Of a DNA stretch of 64,000 nucleotides, positions 9,115 through 17,640 are shown piece by piece. Each line of letters begins with the position of its first letter. Position 1 is the stretch's first letter. The position numbers and the translations under genes are program-made. Location of the stretch: the NCBI GenBank assembly GCA_037133115.1, contig JBAXOU010000001.1:5888-69887 (forward strand), written 5' to 3'. The stretch is from Planctomycetota bacterium. Lineage in GTDB: Bacteria > Planctomycetota > Planctomycetia > Pirellulales > UBA1268. The notes below the pieces were generated by a model, which searched no databases, was not told the DNA's origin, and saw nothing but the letters and a program-made list of their open reading frames with translations.

Positions 9115-11196
9115 TCAGCGACTCTCCGCGCCACCGCCGGCCTCATCGCCTGGCTCTTCGTAGGCCCCGGCACCGATCGGCACGTCGACATCGACGTAGC
9201 CGATCATCATTTCCTCCCAGGTTTGCTCGCCCCACTGCACCGCGACCGTGGGATCAGGATTCGCGGGGTTTTCCGCGGAGTTGTCGAACGTGGCATCGCA
9301 CGCGAGCAGGGATCCCCGCGGCAAAGTCCTTGGTGCCGCGAGGACGTAGTAGCTCTGCCAGCCGAAGTCGAACGCGGGCACGTCGAGGAGCACCTCGACC
9401 GGTAACTGCCCATCGGGTGAGGCGAGCACGTAGCGAAACGAGGAGCCCCTGAGGTGCATGTGCGGCATGAACGAGAGCAGTCGCACGTCGTCTCGAAAGC
9501 GGCGCTCGGAGTGCACCGGGTGAGCGGAAGCCCCTGGCGGAATGACGAACTCGGGGTTGGCGATCCCGATGGTCAGGGCCTCCCGCGAGGGAGGCTGCTT
9601 GGCCACGATGAGCCCCACCTTCGAACGGTCGGTGGTGGGCTTTCCGTTCGGCGTGTAGTGGATTTGGAAGACCAGTTCACTACCCGCCTCGATCTTCTTG
9701 GCCGTGCCCGGCGGAAACACGCTCGGCATGTCACCCGGCGCGTAGCCGCAGAGGTGGCCCCGCCCAGCCGCGATCGTCCGCCTGCGGTCACCCCCGGGCG
9801 GCACGACGTACACGATGATGTGGTGGACCACGCCCGCGTCGCCGGGCCGCGCCTCGGCCGCCTGCACCCAAACGTCAGCGGCGAGGTTTGTCGGCACCGT
9901 GACGTGGACGTAGGGCATGGTGCCCTGCGCCGGGATCAGGGTCGCTTCAGGAAGTTCGAATACGAGGTCGGGAGTGCCGATCGTCCACCCCTCCGGCCAG
10001 GCCTTGGCCGCCGGTCCATCGGCAGGGTCGCCCTCGGGGCACCGCTGCTCGACCCAGGCGAGCAGCGTGGCACGCTCGCGGGCGGAGAGGTGACGGTCGT
10101 TGGCAAACGTGCCGTGCCGCGGATCCGCGTGCCAGGGGGGCATGCGCCGCTGCTCGACCACCTCCGCCAGCATTGCCGAGTGCCGAAAGGCATCGTCGAA
10201 GGTGACGAGATCGAAACCCCCCACCTGCCCGGGGCGATGGCAGCCCTGGCACCGCTCCTGGACGATCGGGGCCACGTCACGGTGGTAGGTGACAACCCCT
10301 ACCTCAGGGGATGGTTCATGCTCGTCGAGCCAGCCGGCAATGTCGGCCCGCGCCGGCCGCACGCGATCGAGGCTGGCGAGTTTCGACGTTGCGGGCTCGG
10401 CCTTCGTGATCAGGCAACCTGCCACCGGCGTGGCCTTCACCGCCACCGTGTCGCCGCGAAGAACGGCCTCGATGGCGTCGCGGAGCGGCGTTGACCGGGG
10501 CTCCTCGCGGGAGAAGTCGTAGCCGTACTGATCGTCGATCGCTCCGCGGTAGCGGATCGTGGCCTCCGCATCGAGGAGGATCGCTTCATTCGACCGCTCG
10601 ACCATCAGGGCGTCGGCCTGCACGCTGCCGCCATCGAAGAGGATCGGGAACGTGGGCGTCTGTGTTGCGACCCACGCGGCGAGCGACTCGCGCGACTCGC
10701 CGGCACCGGAGACGATGCCGAAGAATCGTATCCCTCGGGGGCCGTACTCGGCGGCCAGCTCGTCGAGACGGCGGAGATACTTGTCGCCCAGCGGGCAGCC
10801 GGGAGAGACGAACACCAGCACCGCTCCACGCACCGGCTGGGATCCGAGCGGGCCGCCGCTGTCGCCGCCGTTCGTCCGCAGGCCGTAGAGCCAGGCCTCA
10901 CGGCCGCTCTGGACGTCCACGAGTCGGAAATCGCCGGCGCGGCGACCGACGAGGCGATCGAGGGGCAGGGCGGCCGATTCCTCCGCGGCCACGGCCGCCC
11001 CGATGGCGACGCCGGCCACCAGCGCCACCAGCGCCGCGCACGGACCGAACCGGCGGACCAGCGATCGCTCGGGCCTCAGCGCATGGGGCTTCCGGGTGAC
11101 CGATAGGAGATGTTTCACGAGCATGACGGCACTCCGGTTTCGGTAAAACCGCCGCATGATACGTGCCATTCCGGACACGGGCCATGCCGGCGACAT
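9115..11196 (-). CDS. Tri-domain redoxin (thioredoxin-fold) / CXXCH cytochrome c / copper type II ascorbate-dependent monooxygenase-like protein
   Basis: AVLVFVSPGCPLGDKY redoxin-like region. CQGCHRPGQVGGFDLVTFDD...MPPWH planctomycete-type haem c motif. VVHHIIVYV, QIHYTP and MPHMHLRGSSFRY resemble DBH/PHM copper sites. The start is ambiguous (ATG 11196, or 11124 giving MLVKHLL). Confidence 0.8.
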   Translation of the reverse strand: MSPAWPVSGMARIMRRFYRNRSAVMLVKHLLSVTRKPHALRPERSLVRRFGPCAALVALVAGVAIGAAVAAEESAALPLDRLVGRRAGDFRLVDVQSGREAWLYGLRTNGGDSGGPLGSQPVRGAVLVFVSPGCPLGDKYLRRLDELAAEYGPRGIRFFGIVSGAGESRESLAAWVATQTPTFPILFDGGSVQADALMVERSNEAILLDAEATIRYRGAIDDQYGYDFSREEPRSTPLRDAIEAVLRGDTVAVKATPVAGCLITKAEPATSKLASLDRVRPARADIAGWLDEHEPSPEVGVVTYHRDVAPIVQERCQGCHRPGQVGGFDLVTFDDAFRHSAMLAEVVEQRRMPPWHADPRHGTFANDRHLSARERATLLAWVEQRCPEGDPADGPAAKAWPEGWTIGTPDLVFELPEATLIPAQGTMPYVHVTVPTNLAADVWVQAAEARPGDAGVVHHIIVYVVPPGGDRRRTIAAGRGHLCGYAPGDMPSVFPPGTAKKIEAGSELVFQIHYTPNGKPTTDRSKVGLIVAKQPPSREALTIGIANPEFVIPPGASAHPVHSERRFRDDVRLLSFMPHMHLRGSSFRYVLASPDGQLPVEVLLDVPAFDFGWQSYYVLAAPRTLPRGSLLACDATFDNSAENPANPDPTVAVQWGEQTWEEMMIGYVDVDVPIGAGAYEEPGDEAGGGAESR

Positions 11197-11347
11197 GTGG
11201 CGATGCGGCGCGGCGTCACGGCACCTCGTCGAATCCGGTTTCGGGAGCGTGTGAGAATCCTGTGTGCCTGCTTGCGACTTGCGGACCTGGCGGTCTCATA
11301 CGTCGCATGCCGCGGGTGCGGTCCGAACGCTTGCAGGAGAGAGGCTC

Positions 11348-12268
11348 ATGGTCGTGCGCTGGCTGCTGGTGCTCATTGCAGCATTCACCGGTGGGGCAAC
11401 CGCACTCGGCGGCGACGACGTCTCCGCCGACCCGGGCCGCGATGAACTGGTCTATCGGCTGAACTTCGCCGAACTGGAGCGGCCCTCGGCGCCAGGGGCG
11501 GCCCCGCGTTCCGACGCGGGGCCGCCCGCAGCCCTCCGGCCGGTGCCGCCTCACGCCGGCCACGCCCACAACGACTACTGGCACGACCGACCGCTCCTCG
11601 ACGCCCTCGAGCGAGGGTTCTGCAGTGTGGAGGCCGACGTGTTCCTCCGCGACGGCGACCTGCTCGTCGGTCACGCCGTGGGGGAACTCCGGCCGGGCCG
11701 CACCCTGGCCGCGGTCTATCTCGATCCGATCCGCGAACGCCTCGAGGCGACCGGCTGCGTCGCGCATGATGGGAGGCCCTTCACGCTGCTCGTTGACATC
11801 AAGGCCGATGGGGCAGGGGCCTACAGGGTTCTCGCCGAGCAACTGAGGCCCTTGCGACGGTTTCTCGTCGGCGACGACTCGCGACCCGCGGCGCTCCATG
11901 TCGTGGTGAGTGGCGACCGGCCCATCGAGGCCATGGCGGCCGATGCGGAGCGGCTGGCCGGCGTCGACGGTCGGCTCGAAGACCTCGACCGTGACGACCG
12001 CCCGGCAACGCTGATGCCGCTCGTCAGCGACCGCTGGGGCACGCGGTTCACCTGGTACGGCGACGGCCCCATGCCGGACGATGAGCGGGCGGAACTCCGA
12101 CGGATCGTGAACCGGGCGCATGCCCGCGGTCAGGCCGTTCGCTTCTGGGCCACGCCCGACACCGCGCCGTTCTGGGAGGAACTCTCCGCCGCGGGCGTGG
12201 ACCTCATCGGCTGCGACGACCTCGACGCGTTCGTCGGCTTCGCGGCGAGCGCACGGGAGCGGCCATAG
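11348..12268 (+). CDS. Secreted PLC-like phosphodiesterase (AIM6 / PI-PLC-X-like family)
   Basis: Signal-like MVVRWLLVLIAAFTGGATALG. HAGHAHNDYWHDRPLLDALERGFCSVEADVFL is the family motif. The start is chosen inside tracked ORF 11264..12268. The antisense ORF 11216..12121 is rejected. Confidence 0.7.
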   Translation: MVVRWLLVLIAAFTGGATALGGDDVSADPGRDELVYRLNFAELERPSAPGAAPRSDAGPPAALRPVPPHAGHAHNDYWHDRPLLDALERGFCSVEADVFLRDGDLLVGHAVGELRPGRTLAAVYLDPIRERLEATGCVAHDGRPFTLLVDIKADGAGAYRVLAEQLRPLRRFLVGDDSRPAALHVVVSGDRPIEAMAADAERLAGVDGRLEDLDRDDRPATLMPLVSDRWGTRFTWYGDGPMPDDERAELRRIVNRAHARGQAVRFWATPDTAPFWEELSAAGVDLIGCDDLDAFVGFAASARERP

Positions 12269-12290
12269 CGGCTGCCGCGGCCGACGGGGC

Positions 12291-13277
12291 TCATGGCTTC
12301 CTCAGCCGCGAGTCGAACCAGGTGGCGCACCGCATGATGTGCCAGGGCATCGTGAGCCAGCCGTGGCCGGCCCCCTCAACCACGGTGAGCGTCACGTCGC
12401 AGCCGAGGGTCTTCGCTTGGTCGCAAAAGCGGATGGACTGATCGAGCGGAACGAGCGTGTCGCGATCGCCGTGGTGGATGAGAATCGGCGGAAGTTCGGA
12501 CGTCACGTGAAACAGGGGGGAGAGCTCGCGGGCCGTTTCCCGCCAGCGGACCATGTCGACCGGCTCCTGATCGAACGCCTTGCGAAAGGACGGAGGCGGG
12601 CCGCCGTCTCCCGGGTCTTCGGTCGATCCGGTCAGGTTGCTGAGGTCGGTGACGGGGCAGAAGACGGCTGCCGCCTGCACGGCGCTCGAAACGCCCGCCA
12701 AGGGGTCGGCGGAGTCGGCCGCTGCCGGGCCGCCGCGGGTGGCGAGCATGAGCGCGAGATGGCCGCCGGAACTCCCACCGGTGACGCCGATCCGGTCGGG
12801 ATCGACGTGAAACTCGGCGGCATGCGCGCGGACGTAGCGCACCCCGCGGGAAATGTCGGCGACGATCTCGTCCACGGTGGCACGGGGTTGTGGCACATGG
12901 GCGATGGCGAACAGCGTGTAGCCGTGACGCAGGAGGGGCGCCAGGAGCCACGGGCGAAACGAGTTCGGGCTCGACTTCCATCCGCCGCTCACCAGGAACA
13001 CGATGCCCAGGCCGTTGGGCGCGGGCGGCGTGAGGACGTCGAGGGTGAGCGGCTCACCACGACGCTCGCCGTAGACGATGCCCCGCTGCCAGTCGCACGG
13101 TGGATGGGCGTAGACCCAGGCGGCCGCCACGAGGCCCGCGGCAAGCACGACGGTGGCAAGACAGGCGACGAGCCCGGCCATCAGCCAGCGGCGGAGGGAC
13201 GTGCGGCGGCGCGCCGGCGGCGGGATCGCGTCCGTTCCGGCAGCGGCCCCGATGCGGTCGCTCGCACGATCGACCAT
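12291..13277 (-). CDS. Membrane-anchored alpha/beta hydrolase (esterase/lipase-type)
   Basis: N-terminal TM WLMAGLVACLATVVLAAGLVAAAWVYA. Nucleophile elbow GVTGGSSGGHLAL. HHGDRDTLVPLDQS near the C-terminus. Confidence 0.85.
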   Translation of the reverse strand: MVDRASDRIGAAAGTDAIPPPARRRTSLRRWLMAGLVACLATVVLAAGLVAAAWVYAHPPCDWQRGIVYGERRGEPLTLDVLTPPAPNGLGIVFLVSGGWKSSPNSFRPWLLAPLLRHGYTLFAIAHVPQPRATVDEIVADISRGVRYVRAHAAEFHVDPDRIGVTGGSSGGHLALMLATRGGPAAADSADPLAGVSSAVQAAAVFCPVTDLSNLTGSTEDPGDGGPPPSFRKAFDQEPVDMVRWRETARELSPLFHVTSELPPILIHHGDRDTLVPLDQSIRFCDQAKTLGCDVTLTVVEGAGHGWLTMPWHIMRCATWFDSRLRKP

Positions 13278-13331
13278 GTCCCCGCCTCCTCGCCCACTCG
13301 ATACCCGCAGTTGCTGAAGTCGCCCGACAAC

Positions 13332-15635
13332 TCAGGCCTTTCGCCACATGCCTTCGAGCACCCGCAGAACGTCGGCGGCACCGAGCCGCGGGTCCAGGGC
13401 CGTGGTGGCGATCCCCGCAACCACGCGGGTGTGCTGGTGGTCGGTGGCATCGGCGACGGCCCACTCGTCGCCACGGCGGCAGGTGATGTAGACCGAGAAC
13501 GTTCGGTGGCCGGTGCCAGGCCGCTCACCCACCACGTGCAGCACCGCCCGCGGGCCGGAGAGTCCGCCGAACAGCCGCTCGCCGATCCGGTAGCCGACGC
13601 GAACGCGACCCGAGGTCACGAGCATCGCCCGTGGAGCAAGGCGGCGGCCAGCCGCCGCGAGACCGTCGTGCACCGCCGCCAGGAACGGGTCGAGTTGGGC
13701 GAGGTCCATGATCGCCAGCGGATTGAGACCGTCTGACACCACCACCTGCACGTCGCAGCCCCCGCGCTCCGCCTCCCGCTCCGCATCGACGGCGGCCACC
13801 GACGCCTCCGCGAGTCGCTCGCCGGTGGTGGGATGGAGGATGTAGTCCCGGCGGTCGGCCGACTCAGTGAACAGCGCGAGCGAACCCACCCGCGACCGCC
13901 GGAAAGCATCGTCGAACTCCGCCCAGATGCTCTGCTTCGCGTCGGCGTAGATGCGGCGGATCGTGGTGTCGAGCGCCGGCTCCAGATCCTCCGGCCGATG
14001 ACCGTGTCCCTCGGCAAGGAACACGCCCCGTTGCCGCACCTCCTCCATCTCGCGGCGGCCCTCGGCCTGGATGACGTCATCGGTTCGGCGGTCGCCCACG
14101 GCCCGCTGGTACTGCAGGTGCACCCAGCCGGGGTCGCCGAAATGTGGCCCGGGGGCCCCTTCGGCGTCGAGCACCCCGAGCCGCTGGAAGAATCGCTCCA
14201 TCCGCTCTTCGCCGCGGCAGCCGAACTGACGGCGGAGTCGCACGTGGTCCTGAAAGCCCGTCGTCAGGTAGCCGAGCATCGGATCGACCTTGGTGGGGAG
14301 GGCCATCAGGTACGCCGGCCGCGCGGGTAGCACGCGTTCCAGACACCAGTCGAGGTCGTCGAGCGAGACGTCCATGTGGAGCGTGCCACAGACGTCGAGG
14401 CCGATGCACAGGCCGTGCAGCTTGCCCATCACGAGATCCTCGAGGCAGCAGCGAACGAGCTGCTCACGTGTACGGAAGACCTCGGGCCCGATGAATCCCG
14501 CCACGTCGTTGACATGCACCCAGGGCTCGGCCCCGCGGGCCCGCGCCACCCGGCGGGCCAACAGCCGCGCGAAGCCGTATTTCCGCGACTCGTGCACCAC
14601 CATGTCGACTCCCTGGGCGTGGCCATTGGTGAAGTCGGCTCCCTGCCCGGTCTCGAAATACAGGCCCCACGGCCCGCGGCGGGCGTCGGCATGGCGAAGC
14701 ATCTTGTCGAGTGTCAGGTCGAACGTGGCGTTGGCCGCGTCACTGCCCGCGATGCTCTGAAACCAGACGCCGGTCGTGCCTGGGGCGGCCGCGTCGACCT
14801 CGGCCTGGACGTCGATGTGCGCGAGCACGCAGTGGGGCATCGTGTCGGCGAGCCCAAAGGCCTCGAGCACGTCACGAAGCGTGTCGGATACAGCCTTCAC
14901 GCTCGCAGGATCGCTCGACACCGGATTGGTACCGAGCACCACGTCGCCAACCCCATACGCCCAGCCGTCAAAGACCTGCCAGCGAATGTCCACGGGATGG
15001 TCGGTCGGGGAGTTGGGCTGGAGACGTGCGGCGAGGCATCCGCGGCTGCCGATCTGCGTGCCAGGGAGCGGATTGAAGATCGTGTCGCCCACGCGGACGA
15101 GTTGCTCGTCGTCCATCATCCGCACGACGCAGGCGATCACGTCGCTGGAAAGACCGGGCATGATCGCTTTGATGTCAGCCTCGGGCCGAGTGAGCAGGAA
15201 GGCGGCGAGTTCACCGACCGTCCACTCCGCCGTCCGCTCCCGAGCCTCTGGGTCGAGATCGGCGGCGATCGCGGCAGACAGCGCGTCTGAGAAGGGAGGA
15301 TGCGAGTCGATGTCCCGGAGCCGCGTCCGCCCGAGCAGCTCGCGGGACGCCTGTCGCGCCGCCTCGTTCGGGGCGGCGACGCCGATCAGTTCGTCGCCCT
15401 CCTTGAAGGCGTTGGCATGGCCGAGGAACCGCGTGAAAAGCCGCTGGTTCCATCCCCCCGAGAGGCGAGTGACGTAACCGATGAGGTCGTCGAGCGGCGC
15501 ACCCTCAGCCATCGAGGAACGGATCGAGGCAGCGGCAACTCCGGCGAGAAACATGCGTCGACTTATGCCATCCATGACGGGTTGAGGAGTCCGTGGGGTG
15601 CGATGGGCCGTGTCGCTGAGGGGTGTAGGAACCAT
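13332..15635 (-). CDS. eutBC: Ethanolamine ammonia-lyase, EutB (large) and EutC (small) subunits fused in one 767-aa chain, with a Tat-like N-terminal leader
   Basis: EutB-like: AFKEGDELIGVAAPNEAARQ, GTNPVSSDP, YFETGQGADFTNG. EutC-like C-terminal ~200 aa (about 13335-13990): DRRDYILHPTTGERL, VQVVVSDGLNPLAI, VVGERPGTG. Leader: ISRRMFLAGVAAASIRSSMA|EG. ATG 15635 is preceded by GGAGAAG. The tracked ORF start at 16148 would overlap the upstream gene. Confidence 0.85.
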   Translation of the reverse strand: MVPTPLSDTAHRTPRTPQPVMDGISRRMFLAGVAAASIRSSMAEGAPLDDLIGYVTRLSGGWNQRLFTRFLGHANAFKEGDELIGVAAPNEAARQASRELLGRTRLRDIDSHPPFSDALSAAIAADLDPEARERTAEWTVGELAAFLLTRPEADIKAIMPGLSSDVIACVVRMMDDEQLVRVGDTIFNPLPGTQIGSRGCLAARLQPNSPTDHPVDIRWQVFDGWAYGVGDVVLGTNPVSSDPASVKAVSDTLRDVLEAFGLADTMPHCVLAHIDVQAEVDAAAPGTTGVWFQSIAGSDAANATFDLTLDKMLRHADARRGPWGLYFETGQGADFTNGHAQGVDMVVHESRKYGFARLLARRVARARGAEPWVHVNDVAGFIGPEVFRTREQLVRCCLEDLVMGKLHGLCIGLDVCGTLHMDVSLDDLDWCLERVLPARPAYLMALPTKVDPMLGYLTTGFQDHVRLRRQFGCRGEERMERFFQRLGVLDAEGAPGPHFGDPGWVHLQYQRAVGDRRTDDVIQAEGRREMEEVRQRGVFLAEGHGHRPEDLEPALDTTIRRIYADAKQSIWAEFDDAFRRSRVGSLALFTESADRRDYILHPTTGERLAEASVAAVDAEREAERGGCDVQVVVSDGLNPLAIMDLAQLDPFLAAVHDGLAAAGRRLAPRAMLVTSGRVRVGYRIGERLFGGLSGPRAVLHVVGERPGTGHRTFSVYITCRRGDEWAVADATDHQHTRVVAGIATTALDPRLGAADVLRVLEGMWRKA

Positions 15636-15687
15636 GGTACTTCTCCGAGAGCGGTGTTCGGTAGTCGTCAGGTCATGAGCGATCTTC

Positions 15688-17631
15688 TCAGTCGTCAGCG
15701 AGGAAGCCGTGGTATCTGCCCATGTGCCAGGGGAGGAGGAAGACCGTGCCGCTGGCGAGTTCGCGACCGTCGCCTCCCTGGTCGAGGCACCACGGATCGG
15801 TATTCCAGTGGGCGAAGCTCCGCTCGTCCACTGGGAGCACCTTCCCATCGACCCGGTAGCCGCGCGGCACGTGGTCGGGGCGGCCGGGATCGATCGACTG
15901 CGTTGCCGACAGCCGCACGAGATCGAGCCGATGAGTATTCGTGTGCCGCCACTGGCAGCGGTCGAAGGGGAGGAGCACGAGAGTCTCGATCGAGTCGTCG
16001 AGCCAGTCGGCCCCGCCAAGGGCATCCCGGGCCGACGGATCGACGGAGCCGTCGGCCCCCGCCTCCTGCGCCGTTGCCACGAATGCGAAGTGGAAAAACG
16101 GATTCCGCTCCGGCCGCTCGAGGAGCCAGGAGCGGTGGAAGGCCCCAAGGAAGGCCCGCCGCAGGCCGGGATCGGACGTGTAGCGAACGAGGTGGTAGAG
16201 GTTCATGAATGCCATCTCGTCGTCCGACTGGTTGCCGGAACCGACGCCGAGCTGAACCTTCGGCGACAGGGCGTTGGCGTCGTAGGCATGGTCGCGACGG
16301 AGGGCCTCCGCGGCCGCTTCGTAGCGAGCCTCGCCGGTGACGTGCGCGGCGATCGCGAGGTAGGCGAGGAAGAAGTAGTGACCATCGAGTTCGTCGGAAC
16401 TCGTGTCGGCCTTCCACCACCAGCGGCCGTCGGCCGACTTCGGCCAGCGCGGCTCGAGCATCTTCCAGTGCGGGTCGGTCTCGCGCGTCTGCCGGTCGCG
16501 GGCCTCCTGGCCGACGTTCGGGTCGGGCCCGTCGCCGGGGAGAACGGTCCGCGCCGGGAAGCCGGGGGGCGGGGCGTGCTCGCCCCCCTGCGTCACTTCC
16601 TGGAGGAACGTCAGCGCCCGAAAGGCCCGGTCGGCCCGCCGCTTCGCGTCGGCCGAGCGGTCGTGGGCGTAGGCGAAGCACTGCGCCGCGCCGTACAGCG
16701 CGGTCCAGAGTCCGTCGTTGTCGCTGTCGATGCGGCGCGCCGTCGAGGCGTCGCCGGGGACATCGAGATCGGCCGTGGCCACGAATCCGTGCTCCGTGCG
16801 GGAGATCGACTCGTCGATGATCGCTTCATAGTGCCGCGCCTTCTCGGCAAGCGTCGTAGACCTCGCCGCGATCCAGCCGGTGCCACCGTCGGTGGCGACG
16901 ATGACATCGCCGTTGGCCGCGACGACGAGGTCGTGGACGACATCGCCGGGCAGCCAGCCTGGGCCCTGCCGGTAGCGAAAGCTGGTGCCCGACCACTCCA
17001 CCGCGCCGATCTTCGACCCGAACCACACCGTGCCGTCGGGGGCCGAGGCCACCACGGTGAAATCGGCCACGGGAAGCCCCTCGGCACCGGTGAAGAACTC
17101 CCAGCCGTCTTGGCCGCGGCGCGCCACGCCCGCCGGCGTGGCGACCACGAGCCGACCGTGCGTGTCATACGCCACCCCGCGGATGTCGCCCGTCCCCCAC
17201 ACCAGGCCCCGCTCATCGACGGGCGCAAGACGCTGCCACGGTCCATCGGCGACGCGCTCATACACTCCTTCCGACGTGGCTGCGGCCGTGGTGCCGTCGC
17301 CGCGCCGGGCCACCTGACGGACGTCTGCTTCCGGCGCGACGAGGGACAGGTTCTCGCCGCCGTCGCGCCGGGGAGCCGCGACCGAAGCTGCCGAGAACCG
17401 GCCCGTGACGAGCCGGAAGGTGGCCACGCCGTCGCCGAGATGGACGGCGCCGTCATCTCCGATCCACGTTCGCCGCGGCAGGAACCCAGGCGGAAGTCCG
17501 GGCGGCAGGTTCCGATGCTCCGTGACGCGCTGCACGAACGGGCCAACGCAGCGAGGCGACATCGGCTCCGCGGCCCCCGCAGCGGTCGCTACCACCATCA
17601 CTGCCCCAAAAAAAATGGTGGCTGTCACCAT
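15688..17631 (-). CDS. Secreted hypothetical protein (647 aa): propeller-like N-terminal half, alpha-helical C-terminal half
   Basis: ATG 17631; signal-like MVTATIFFGAVMVVATAAGAAEP. Reg_prop-like stretches (DGTVWFGSKIGAVEW, NGDVIVATDGGTGW). The W/Y/F-rich C-terminal half is unassigned. The antisense ORF 15709..17655 is rejected on composition. Confidence 0.7.
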   Translation of the reverse strand: MVTATIFFGAVMVVATAAGAAEPMSPRCVGPFVQRVTEHRNLPPGLPPGFLPRRTWIGDDGAVHLGDGVATFRLVTGRFSAASVAAPRRDGGENLSLVAPEADVRQVARRGDGTTAAATSEGVYERVADGPWQRLAPVDERGLVWGTGDIRGVAYDTHGRLVVATPAGVARRGQDGWEFFTGAEGLPVADFTVVASAPDGTVWFGSKIGAVEWSGTSFRYRQGPGWLPGDVVHDLVVAANGDVIVATDGGTGWIAARSTTLAEKARHYEAIIDESISRTEHGFVATADLDVPGDASTARRIDSDNDGLWTALYGAAQCFAYAHDRSADAKRRADRAFRALTFLQEVTQGGEHAPPPGFPARTVLPGDGPDPNVGQEARDRQTRETDPHWKMLEPRWPKSADGRWWWKADTSSDELDGHYFFLAYLAIAAHVTGEARYEAAAEALRRDHAYDANALSPKVQLGVGSGNQSDDEMAFMNLYHLVRYTSDPGLRRAFLGAFHRSWLLERPERNPFFHFAFVATAQEAGADGSVDPSARDALGGADWLDDSIETLVLLPFDRCQWRHTNTHRLDLVRLSATQSIDPGRPDHVPRGYRVDGKVLPVDERSFAHWNTDPWCLDQGGDGRELASGTVFLLPWHMGRYHGFLADD

Positions 17632-17640
17632 GCGTGGCCC

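Noticed and set aside
15636-15687. Looked for a cobalamin riboswitch upstream of eutBC and in the operon leader (20100-20244)
   Set aside because: The intervals are too short (52 and ~145 nt), and I saw no B12-box-like or GCCACUG-type conserved strings in the correct orientation. A covariance-model scan would be the decisive test.
15636-16148. 171-aa N-terminal extension of the tracked eutBC ORF (start 16148)
   Set aside because: It would overlap the upstream gene by 460 nt. The segment is Ser/Arg/Thr/Pro-rich. A better start (ATG 15635 with GGAGAAG upstream) lies just after the upstream stop.
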